Assembly: GCF_003918875.1 (NCBI RefSeq)
Contig: NW_025765021.1
Location: 124,001 to 188,000 of the forward strand
DNA: 64,000 bases
Source: Haliotis rubra
Lineage: Eukaryota
Direction of reading: 5' to 3'
Of this stretch, positions 12,759 to 24,700 are shown in pieces (the first letter of the stretch is position 1; each line of letters starts with the position of its first letter). Below the pieces are notes generated by a model. It was not told where the DNA came from and searched no databases. It saw nothing but the letters and a program-made list of their open reading frames with translations. The position numbers were made by a program, and so were the translations under genes.

Positions 12759-14325
12759 CGTAATGTGACATAACATCGCGGTTTCAAAAATGTACACATT
12801 GATACAACATTCTTATTTCTGTTTACAGTACAACCGAATTGTTTTACATTGAACTTGAGTTACTTGTCTATCGAGCAAATCGTGTTGAAAAATCCAAAAC
12901 GAACACGAATTTGCCAGTGTTCTAAGTTTACTAATGTTCTTCATTAATCGAAAAATACTTGTTCCTCCTATTCAGTCCTCACTGTGATGTCCAAGAAATA
13001 TTTGAAATATTCATTCATTCATTCAAAGGAATCACCAGTGATCATTCTGAAATCGCCGATGGCCCTAAAAGAACGAACGCCGTGCTCAGAAAACACCTCA
13101 TTTGTTTGAAATGTGAATAAAACAAAGTTCAGATATTCTCATTTTTGCGATAGATCTGTTCGGCTACTCGTTGCAAAAAACGTGTTTATCATTTTCAGAA
13201 TATGCATAGCAAGGGTAGTATCGCGAGTTTTATAAGGGAAACATTAGCAGGGATTTGGTACATTCAGCAGGTGTGTAACCCTGACCCGTTGTGATTTGAA
13301 AAAAACAGAGGACTCAAAACATCTCAACATTTTTATAGAGTGCTCTACTTTCACTGTGAGAAGGTAAACACTGATATGAACTAATTTTAAGATCCCTTTT
13401 AGTTTCTCAAAAGAGAAAAAAGCGATTTTCTGAGAACACTTCCCCTTTAATACTGTGGCACAACATCTTTTAGTAATATACATCATAATATTCAAGAAAT
13501 CCATATGTACATATAAGCGTTTTTTTCGGAAATAGGCAGTCACGCCCGATACACATCTGAAAACCAAAGCGGTAGATATATAAAATTATGACCACGCCTG
13601 ACAGGCCCTACGGAAACACATAATTGGACAATAGGACCTGGTAGGGATTATACTGAAAGAGCCATATTACAACAAGCCGAGATTCTTGCAACAAGGATCT
13701 TTACTTTCCATGTTCTGAAAATCACAGAATGATACAATGTCACTTAGTTCTATCCATCACTTATGTCATGAAACATGTGTGAATGTCCCTTAGGCTATAT
13801 AGCGAAATTGCAACACAACAGTAATAATACCTGACACAGTAATGCAACGACTGCTCCCTATCTACACACAGCATTGAAAAGGTCAAGCTAAATTATAGAT
13901 ATTACATTCCATGCATTAACACTGAGCTTATTGACTGTGTTTAGATTCATTAACTAAAACCTGAAAATTTGCCATTAAATCTGCTACATAGGAAACTCGC
14001 CGTGCTTTAGAGTGCAACTCTATTACGAAAATAGAGTACAATATTGCACATGGCCAAGTAATTGAACTATGTAATTGTAAAATACAACAGCTCAATTTCC
14101 TTAGCACAATTAGGACTGACAATAAAGCAGAGAGTTTCAAACAAGACCCTTTCGAATTTAGAAAGACGCCACACAGATTTGTTTACACTGAATCTGAATA
14201 AAAGCGACAAAACGTTTTCCACATCGGGCAAGAGGAGAGTATATTGCACGATTTTGTCTAGAACATGTGTGTATGAATCACTGTCAAATAACGATGCGTC
14301 AGATCTGGAAATGCCCTCCACATCT

Positions 14326-14472
14326 GTGAGTGAGTTTAGTTTTACGCCGCTTTTAGCAATATTCCAGAAATATCACGGCAGGGGTCACCAGAAATGGGCT
14401 CTACCCATTATACCCATGTGGGGAATCGAACCCGGGTCTTCGGCGTGGCGAGCGAAAGCTTTAACCACTTGC
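14326..14472 (-). mobile_element. tRNA-derived SINE, family C
   Basis: Reverse complement of the family C consensus. Confidence 0.8.
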
Positions 14473-15500
14473 CCCTCTTTTACTCTGAGACGTGATAGGT
14501 AAAACCTGTTTTAGAACGATTAATCGTTTAGCATCAGATAATGTATTCATCATTGAATGTCAAGGGAAGTATGTATTTCTTGCAATGATAAAACGTAAAT
14601 CGTCACCATCTCAACCATGATTATGACACCACCCGCCGACTGTGCGGTGCTCCATCAGCATTTGTATCTATTGTACAAAGCACTGTATAATGGACCTGTG
14701 GCCCCTCAAATGCAATAAAGTCATTCCATTAACAGAGTGTGTTTCTGCAGTCCTTAAAACTGCACTTGGTGTAAATGCTATGCGTCAGATTGTCTGGCCT
14801 TTTGAACTGAACATTGCTGGCCAATTTGTTCGAATATGTCATGGTTCTTGCAAATTTCGTGCAATTTATGAACGACTGCCTGGTTATCTTCTTCTGCCAT
14901 GAATAATTTTTCTCGTTCAAATCTAAAAATTTATTTACAAAATTACCAATGAAAACATAACGTGTCACAATAACTATATATATATTTTTGCAGAAGTTCC
15001 AACCACGAAGGGAACATACTATTGTGTTCGTCTATGAAACAACTAAGGATAGTCTTCATGAGACTCGTGGGGTATGATCATTATTAATAATAATAATAAT
15101 GATGATAATACACACACACCCATTATAAGGTCGCGAATAGAAACCTGTGATGATAATTGAGCATGCACCCCATCTGTGTCATTACCAAATCACTCTTCTT
15201 CTCCTCCTTTAGACTTGACTTTACTTGTAACTCATCTTGGAAACCATAATGTTTTACTGTATTATTGTCATCGACTTGTCAAAACATACCAATACAATTT
15301 GACACAAACGCATGACGTTATACATCGGCAAAATAAACCATCAGTTCAGGGAAATATTGTTTCTTCACGTCTTATATGTCCTCTTTACCCCATTGTTTCA
15401 ATGTTCGAAGTTTAGTGTCCACTTGTAAAGTCAAATCAGCTATATGATCATTGTTGGACAAGGCTCATAACACGTCTCTATCATTGTCTCTAGTGTACAT

Positions 15501-15709
15501 TTAGGTTGTAGGACCTTCGACCTTCACGGCAGAGATGGTCGTTGATGGCTCTGCGGCCTTCCCGTCAGACTTCTTAGGAGATACATCTTCAATCTTTGCC
15601 CGTTTGTGTAAGCCGTAGGTCAGAAGCATAGACCCACAACCCATCAGATACAGACCACCCACTAGGTAGAAGGACAGGTCCAGTTTCTTGGTTCTTCCTT
15701 CGATCTCAT
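15501..15709 (-). CDS. SLC16-like exon 8 (TM12, stop)
   Basis: TTTATCAG|AT GAG... DEIEGRTKKLDLSFYLVGGLYLMGCG...GPTT*. Confidence 0.85.
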
Positions 15710-18700
15710 CTGATAAACAATTTTACAAATTTAATGTTTACATTAAATAAAGTGTGAGTGTGTGAGAATGAGTGTGAGTGAGTGAATGTCTCCGTTGTCA
15801 CATATACTTGTGCTTTCCAGAGTTTTTTTCAAACCGGCTTTCGACTGAATCATGTATTTTCTAGATGCTGAAAATCCTCTGCGGAGGTTTGATAGAATAT
15901 AATCTGCCATTCTATTGTGCATCGTATTCCCAGTATTGCCGTCGACCATGGAACTTTGTGGAAATAACGGATGTATCTGGTGACAACTCCTAACAGAGTA
16001 AAATAGGATCGATGTAGGTTATATAAGGGTTTATAGAAATCAGCTAAGTTGATTTTCGGGCGGAAATGTATAGACGGTAGGTGTTGTTATGTCATCGACC
16101 CAGGCATTAACTATTCGTGGGGTCGGGTGACCATCAAGCATCGAACCAAAGCTGGCTTCCCCTCTGTATATGAAGATGCGTGTTAGCAAAGAATGGATGA
16201 CGTTTATAAACAATAAACATTTGCAGGTATTTTAGAATAATACAGTTGCCTTATATTACACCCACCTGCCAGATAAGGGAGGAGGAATTTGCCAAGGCCT
16301 TGTCCCAGTGTTACCATGCCGATACCAATGCTCATGTTGTTGTCTCCAACAAACATTGGGATGGTAAACAGAATTATCGGATCTGTAAACCCTATAAAAA
16401 AAGAGAGATTTCGTAGTTGTCAATTGTGAAATGCTGTTTGTTATCGACTCATTTCTTATGGGTGTGGAAAGGGTTTTGTAGCTTTTATCATTATGAGTGA
16501 GTGAGTGAGTTATATTCCAGCTATATGGTGGCGGTCTGTAAATAATCGAATCTGGACCAGACAATCCAGTGATCAACATAATGAGCATCGATCTGCGCAA
16601 TTGGGAACCGATGACATGTGTCAACCAAGCCAGCGAGCCTGACCACACGATCCCGTTAGTCGCATCTTACGACAAGCATGGGTTACTGAAGGTTCTTTCT
16701 AACCCGGACCCGTGAAGATCCGGGGTAGAATAGGTCTTCAGCAACCCATGCTTGCCACAAAAGGCGATTATGCTTTGAAAACTAAACTCACTCACTCACT
16801 CACTCATTCTAACCCGGACATTCACGGGTTTTATCATTATGTGATTGTATAAATACTATAGCAGTGTGTCATTAAACCATGAATAGTGTACGAAGTCGAA
16901 TATGAAGTATGAATATGAAATTATTGTACGATTTTCTTAATTAATATCACATGTGTTAACATATATTTAGGCAATTTTAAGATGTTGCAATCTCTTCCAA
17001 CGTTGTTAAAAATGCAGCATGCAATACTCCCATGGATGGAAACTTGTCAGCGCTTGTCCAAAATCCCATGACTACTACCTCATTAATTAACACCATACCC
17101 GCATGATCCTTGTCTCCAAATATACTACGCGTGGGTTAACACATACAGGCATGTATTCTCACCCTTCAACAGACCGACCACAGCGGAATACACAGTAGCA
17201 TAGGTCTCCTTGCTCAACTGACTTGCAAGGAAACAGAAGAAACAAATGCTGACGCAGTTTACACAGAAGATGATGACGGTGGCCCTCTGTTGGATGAACC
17301 TGCCGGTACAGAATGCAATACAGACGCCCAACAGCACGGCGACGCTCAGAATAAGGGTCAATAGGAGTCCATCGGCCATATTCGGGATGGAGATTAGCCC
17401 TTTAAAGCCAGGCACCTTCTTGTTGATGATTTCGAAACCTGGCAACCATGGACAAAATATTCTGACAAGACATAATATAAAGAGGAACATTGTTTATGGA
17501 TTGACAACCTCTTTATTGCAATTGCTTCAACGTTTCGGTGTAGATGCTAACACCGTTATCAAGCAAGTGATAAGCATCTACACCAAAACGTCGCATGCAT
17601 AGCAATTAGGAATCGATAAAACTTGTTCCTCATCAACATATCAGCTTCTAAATGGTACTTAAAGAAGAGACATGACATACGAATTCGTAGTTCATTATGC
17701 TTGACTACGGTACAAGAATCTGTATCGAAACGTCGCACTCACGAATAAAAAGAAGTTGTTATCCATAAAGTTTGTTCTATATTGAGACATGACATAACCT
17801 ACATTTTCATGTATGTAATTAATCGAACTCTGCTTCCAGTAATAATTAACTTGTTTCATGAACACATGATATACGGTCCCTTTAGATTATATTGGGGGTG
17901 GGGTGTTGGAGAGAGACAAGGGTAGTTCAATGGTCTAATTTGGATGTGTTCAAATCATATTAATAGTACTACGGACTACTCACTCTTCTGGACATAACTT
18001 ACTTTCTGTGCATAGCGTTGTAACCCAAACTCACTCACTTTTTGTACACATTCAAACTAACAGCAGCTACACATTTCTGAATCTAGTCTGAACATGTTTC
18101 ATTTTTTAATAAACAAATGAGGGCGTGGAGCAGCCTCTTATAAGGGTCCTCTTGTTCTGCAGAGGGATCGGGTTTCAATTCAAATATGAACATACAAAAC
18201 TCATACCTTTTATGGAAGGCACTTTGGCGGGCAATGGGTTTTGGAAGGGAGATTATGTATGTTTATATATTCACCGAGTGAAGTAAAAGTTGCACATATA
18301 ATCTTCACAGTGCTGCCAAACGAAATAACAGTAGCTAGACTATCATCATAATGGCCATCAGCGTGAAATGAACTTAAGCGTGCTACCGGTTGGCAACGGA
18401 AGGTTAACATTGTGGATGAGGTGTTGGATACTGCAGACAGGCCTTACATGTACCGCAGTACGCTGTAGAATGCTTTTGCTTTGAGTTAATGGAGACATGA
18501 CCCTTGGAAAAAGGCAAGGCAATGGAACTGACGATCGTCTCCGGGATAATCCCTAGTCGTTACTGTATTTTATGCCACCGAATAAAGTATTATGGACCCA
18601 CTGACTTACTCCTGTGTTTGAGGAGACAGCCCGAAATGCTATACAGACGGTATAATTCTACATACTTTTCACTCATTTCTGCATTCAGATTGTTACCTCC

Positions 18701-21700
18701 ATCCCAGAAGAAGAACGTTAGTGTGACTGTATAAAGAACTGGTTTCTTGTAGATCGTCAGTCCTTGAATTCCCAGCTGCCTTGAAATCAGACTTCCCCCA
18801 GCAGGGCCTTTAATCCTCAGATGTAGTGGTTTCAGCATCAGACTGACTGGTATTAGTAAGCCAGTGACTGCAAACTGCAGGATGAAATACGATCTGCTGT
18901 TGACCATACCCGCGGACGGGAAGACCAGCACCATCAGAAGCACAAACGGGACAATAACCAGCAAATTCCCTATAGATAGCAATGTTAGTGCAATTAACCT
19001 TTTTCGTTTGAAATACTCCATAACGGCCGACAAACTGGAGACGTATATCATGTTCTGCCCAATGCCTGTTACAAAAAAGGACAATGAATCAGATATTCAG
19101 TTCACAAGTATGGTGACTTGTTAGGCATCTTCAACAAGAATTACTCTATTACTATATTAAATATATCAGCTTTTAACATATGTTGGGCTATAGTTTCGTC
19201 AGTGGACGATTGACTCCCCTTTGCATGTGTTTGTGACACCGGCGAGGCAGGATGCGCCCATCTTTTCGCGAACGCTTAGTCGTATCACCATTGAATAATT
19301 ATTCCATGACACGCATTTTCGGAATTGCACAATCGACTCTGCTTTTGCAGAGATTAGGAATTCGTTTTGTCGTTTTTATGATCCTAGTGAAAGCTCGCAT
19401 TATAAAGGAACAGTAAAAGAGATGTATACCATGGAAAACAGTGGAGTGACCGCCAGAAATGGATATTAAACAGTGCCATATTGGTGCATATGGTCATGAA
19501 TTTTACATTATATAAAGTTCCTATGGCTGAAAGTGACTAAATCATATCCGAGTTACCACAGACACCTGAACTGGCATACAAATGATTGGGGTTACAAATG
19601 ATCGGGGTTACAAATACTGTTTGTTTTCCAAGTTTGAGAATCAACCGTGTTTTCGCTGTTTGTTTATATTGGATAGGGCCACTTTTACATCCAATGGTTA
19701 TGAATGGAAATGTGATACAAGGTCCAGTGTTATATACCCGACTCACGCCGACTGGTTCATTAAATACCACTGTCAGTTATTCTATTCGATTTGTAGACAC
19801 TACGTGCCTCGACCAACCTTGATACAGATATGTGATGTGTGAATCAGAGACACAAATACAACTCCCTATTTCTTTTGTGTCATACATTTCGTTTGCAGGT
19901 GAACAATGCTTGACCAGCCTTTGCATGTGTTTATGACCCTGTACCACCCCAGTGGGGAAGGATGCACCTTTTCACGAATACCCGGTATCGTAATATTTGA
20001 AAGTGAGTCCTAAACACATGCTCATGATAGAGCCGACATCGGGCATTCGACTCAGAGGTTTCTGAGTTTTGTCCCTTTTTGCACTGTAATTTCAAGTTCT
20101 GAAATGGGACCGTAAATAACAGACTAAAGTGAAATGACCCCTATTCCAGAGATGCATTTCGTCGAACAGTACTGTTGCCATGTATTCTAGCAAAGTGTGG
20201 AGACCACAGATGACTTCAGTGAGTGAGTGAATTTAGTTTTACAACGCACTCAGCAATATTACAGCTATATAGAGTCTGGAACAGACAATCCAGTGATCAA
20301 CATCATGAGCATCGATCTATGCAATTGGGATACGATGACATGTGACAACCAAGTCAGCGAGCGTGGGTTAAGGAAGATCAAGTCTAACCCTTATCTTCCG
20401 GGTCCAGATGACTTCAAGCCTTTGATCCACGTTTACGAGGTTGACACACTTTGTGGTTTCCCTTTCGCTGGAACCATGCCTTAGTTTGAGTCATGACTAC
20501 AAATTGGGACAACACCGCACACGGTCTCTTTATATTCAGAGTGAGTGTGTTTAGTTTTACGCCGCACTCAGCAATATATATTCAGGGATGGTGGAGGAAG
20601 ATAATACAAGTATTGACGATGGTTGTATATGGGAATGGACATTTCTACAGTTTACAGCATGTAAGGGCACATACCTGTCAGAACACCGTACAGGAACGAA
20701 ACAAGGACGATATTAGAGTGATCACAGAAGTAAGCGCCCAATATCCCAAGCCCAACAACCAGACTTCCCGCCAATGCCGTGCAGCGATATCCAAACAGCA
20801 ATACCAGTGTACTGCTAAATACACCTGCAAGAGAACATTTCTATCAGGAACCGTGTTGGTAACACGGCCATTGTTGTCATTTTGCCCTTGCAAGTGAGTT
20901 AATATTTAACGTCACATTGGCAATATCGCAGCCATATCGTGACGAAAACAATATATATAATACAAAAATGAAAACATTGTGAAGAGTTAAACCTGCCGAC
21001 GATGGATAGTAAAAATACTAGAGTATCACACATATGAACATAAAACTAGCATGTAAAACTAAAACAGTGTAATTAAAGCAGACAATACAATATAAAACAC
21101 GAGCTATAGATCGTAAGCATCTGCAGGTAGATCACCATACTAGGAACCAACCCTGCAAGAAATATTTTTCAGTGAGAATCCGTTCGTCGAGTCTACTGAA
21201 TAATACAGCTCATTTCACGATAGTGTATCAATTGTTTTACAGTTTTACAGTGACATGTTTTCCTGAACGTCTGAGTAATAATGTAAAGAGTAATAGGTTC
21301 TAGTAACAGCTCTGGTACCAGAAGAAAACCTGTGGGTAACATCTCATTGTGAGGTTCTATAGCATTGGAGGTGTTTCTTGATAGTTACCAAATACTGAAG
21401 AGCAGACGCCGTTAGTGGCAACGACAGTTGTTACAACAGGGTTGGTTTGGGCCTGGAGTTTCCTATATCCCTCAAGAAACTTCTCTGCCTGGCTGCTGTG
21501 GTTCAGTGCAAACAGGATCGATGTGATGTTTTGAACAACACTGTGATCTCCAGCATTGAACATGTTCAATAACCGATTCAGATCTATCGCCATCAGTAAC
21601 CGGTCAACACTGGATATCAATCCCCCGCCCTGTGATTGTCCTGTTGATGGTGACGCTGAAAGACGAAACATTTTGATACTTCCAGAACTCACACTTTAAC

Positions 21701-24700
21701 CTTACTGATTTCAGAAGACTTCCGTTGGAACAGTTTCCGTATCATAAATGTTCTGGCCAATAACATTACCATTTCCTTGGTGAAGGTATAGCTAATATTT
21801 TTAAAGAAGCATTTTAAGAATGCAAGAAATTTGAAATCATTCAGTTTGAATTCCGGTTCGCACCCAACGTTGCCTAACTTCAACTGATTTGTGAAGACCA
21901 ATTTTAAAAATGATTGTCTTATCATAGCTTTCGGCCAGTTGAGCTCTGTCAATTCATATTTATCAGAATGGTACACAAAGTACGTCATCAAGATTATCAG
22001 TTATTGGACATTGTGTGCTGGCGACTTGGTGCCTCGCTCTGAAAGTGTTTGTTCGAATCACGGATGGGACTCCACCCAAAAGTTTACTGGAATGTGTTTT
22101 ATGAAGAACACTACAGAATGATGCCTTGACTGTATTGATCATAGGAATACATCTGAATGTACGAACTGTTTGGCATATGGATGACATTTCAGAATTTGAG
22201 GCATCCATGACAAACGTTATGTCCGATGCTATTCCCTATTTCGACTTGTACAATTTGTCCCCTTGATTTTTTTTTCTGTTGAACAAGGGGCGGTTTGGTT
22301 GCCTAGTTGTTAAAGCGTTCGCTCGTCACTCCGAAGACCAGGGTTCGATTCCCCATATGGGCCCATTTCTGGTGTCCCCTGCCGCGATATTGCTGGAATA
22401 TTGCTAAATGGGGCGTAAAACCAAACTCATTCCTTCATTCCGTTGAACAAAGGACCAGTACCTGTGGTTGGTCTCGCAGACCTGGTATCTCTCTATTTCA
22501 TTGCAATTTACCTATTGAATTAGTCAAACTCGCACCACGAAGTATTCGAGAGTTTTGTGGCACACATTTACCTGCTGTCCCCGGAGATCCATGGGGAGGG
22601 GCCGGTGTTGGCTGCAGTCCCAAGTTCCCGTTGACAGTGGAAGTCGTGGCTGTCTGTGTGGTTGTTTCAGGACGTTGCGGAACTGATATTGAAGCTGGCT
22701 GAAGTGTTCTGTAGATAGATGTTGCGGACAGGAGGAGACAGGCCGCCAGTAAGATTATCCAGCCCCTGCCTCCATCCGGAGCAGGGGTGACTGTACTTTC
22801 ATCTGGGTTCTGTGAACATGAACGGGCTCAAGGGCATATGTTATATTTACTTAGCATTAGGACAGCACAATCAATATGTATCAATAAGAAGATGCGGTGG
22901 ACATATTATTTTCAAATTCTTAATGCTTTTAATGCGGAGTTTAGGTACAGGTGATAGCGCTTGATTAATAGTACTGGCATCTTCACTGAATAAACAAAGA
23001 AGTTTAAATCAATAAGGGACAACATTGTTTGTTTGTTTGTTGGTTGGTTTGTTTGTTTGTTTATCGCCAAACTCGGCAATTTTCCAACTATACTAAGGTT
23101 GTAAATAATCGTGTCTGGACTGACTGACTGAGTTTAGTTTTACGCCGCTTTTAGCAATATTCCAGCAATATCACGGCGGGGGACACCAGAAATGGGCTTC
23201 ACTCATTGTACCCATGTGGGGATTCGAACCAGGGTCTTCAGCGTGACGATCGTGTCTGGACTTGACATTCCGATGGTTTACGTCATACATCGACGTGATG
23301 ACATGTATGAGTAGTTACAAGCACAGCCCGGTGATACGAAACTAAAAATAATCACTGCTGATTTGTCTGTTACCTAACTTAAGTATCACTGTGTTTAATA
23401 GCGTAGGTTTTACAAACAACTAAATCAGCGAATCTGACCAGTCAATACCGTCAGTCACAACAGGCTTTGGATGCTGAAGACCAATTCTTCACCTGTGGGT
23501 AGGTATACGAGTGTACGTGCGCATGTTCATGCGTGCGTGTAGGTGTGTTCGTATGTTGCGGTATGCGGTTGTCTGTTTCCGGGTGTGTTTGATGCGGCGT
23601 GGCGTGGCGTGGCGTGGCGTGGCGTGGCGTGGCGTGGCGTGGCGTGGCGTACAGAGTCGTGCAAAAAAGTATTCGGACACTTGACATAATTTCCATAGAC
23701 GTACTTGTTATTTCAGTGTAGCATAAATCATTTTCATGAAGTGAGTTTAGGATGGATCTTTGTAAAATTTGACAGGCAAATTTGAAATCATCTCTGCTCT
23801 GTGCACATAAGTTCAGTTCAAATTTCCGACCACTATTTAACTAATGGCATCACATTTATCAACTTACGTATGGTTTCACAATGGACAATCCCATAGTCAG
23901 TCATGTTAAAGGAGTTCACGGCACTGTACATATGTTGATTAAATTGTTGCCATTCGATAAATAAGCAATGGAAAATTAAACAGAAATTATGTCATTGTAG
24001 GTAAGATGATTCCTCACAAATGTGCAAAATTTGACTTGGATCCTACTAAAAATTGAATTCATGAACATCATTTATGCTACACTAAATTAACATGTAAGCC
24101 TATGGAAATTACGTCAACTGTCCGAATACTTTTTGCACGACTCTGTATGTGGTGGGGAGTGGTGGGCGAGCTGTCTAAGGTGCCAGGCTAGTGAACTAGC
24201 GAGCTTCAGGTGCCGATATCGAGCCCACCTGTGACCGGGTGTAAAAACTTGCAGGCAACTTTGTGTGCAGACTGTGTCAGTGTTGTCACAACCCCCAGTG
24301 TACAGTACACAACCTGTGCACTTAAAGAACCCACGAATCCGTTAGTAAATGACCAGATGGTGGCCACATGAATACGTACAAACACCTAGTTGCGGGTATA
24401 GCAGTAACCATGGACAAAGTACAGTGACTATGTGTCCCAGTCCACCCAGCTGTGACTGAGTACCTCGTACGGATGGGAAAGCGGTAATAACTTGGTGCGC
24501 CTAGTGGCTGCAAGAGTTGTATGCTCCCCAGGGAGTTGTGATTGATAATACGATGGGCCGTTGAGATTGACATCCAATGATCGAGGGAGAGAAAATAGCA
24601 GCGCCTTGAGCATGTAGCAGTTGCGTGGATATGTGCGCTATATAAATATCCTATACTAAGAAAGTGCGTGGCGTGGCGTGGCGTGGCGTGGCGTGGCGTG

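Noticed and set aside
21689-22208. ORFs 21689-21991 and 21963-22208 as extra SLC16 exons
   Set aside because: No compatible splice sites; the model is complete and in frame without them.
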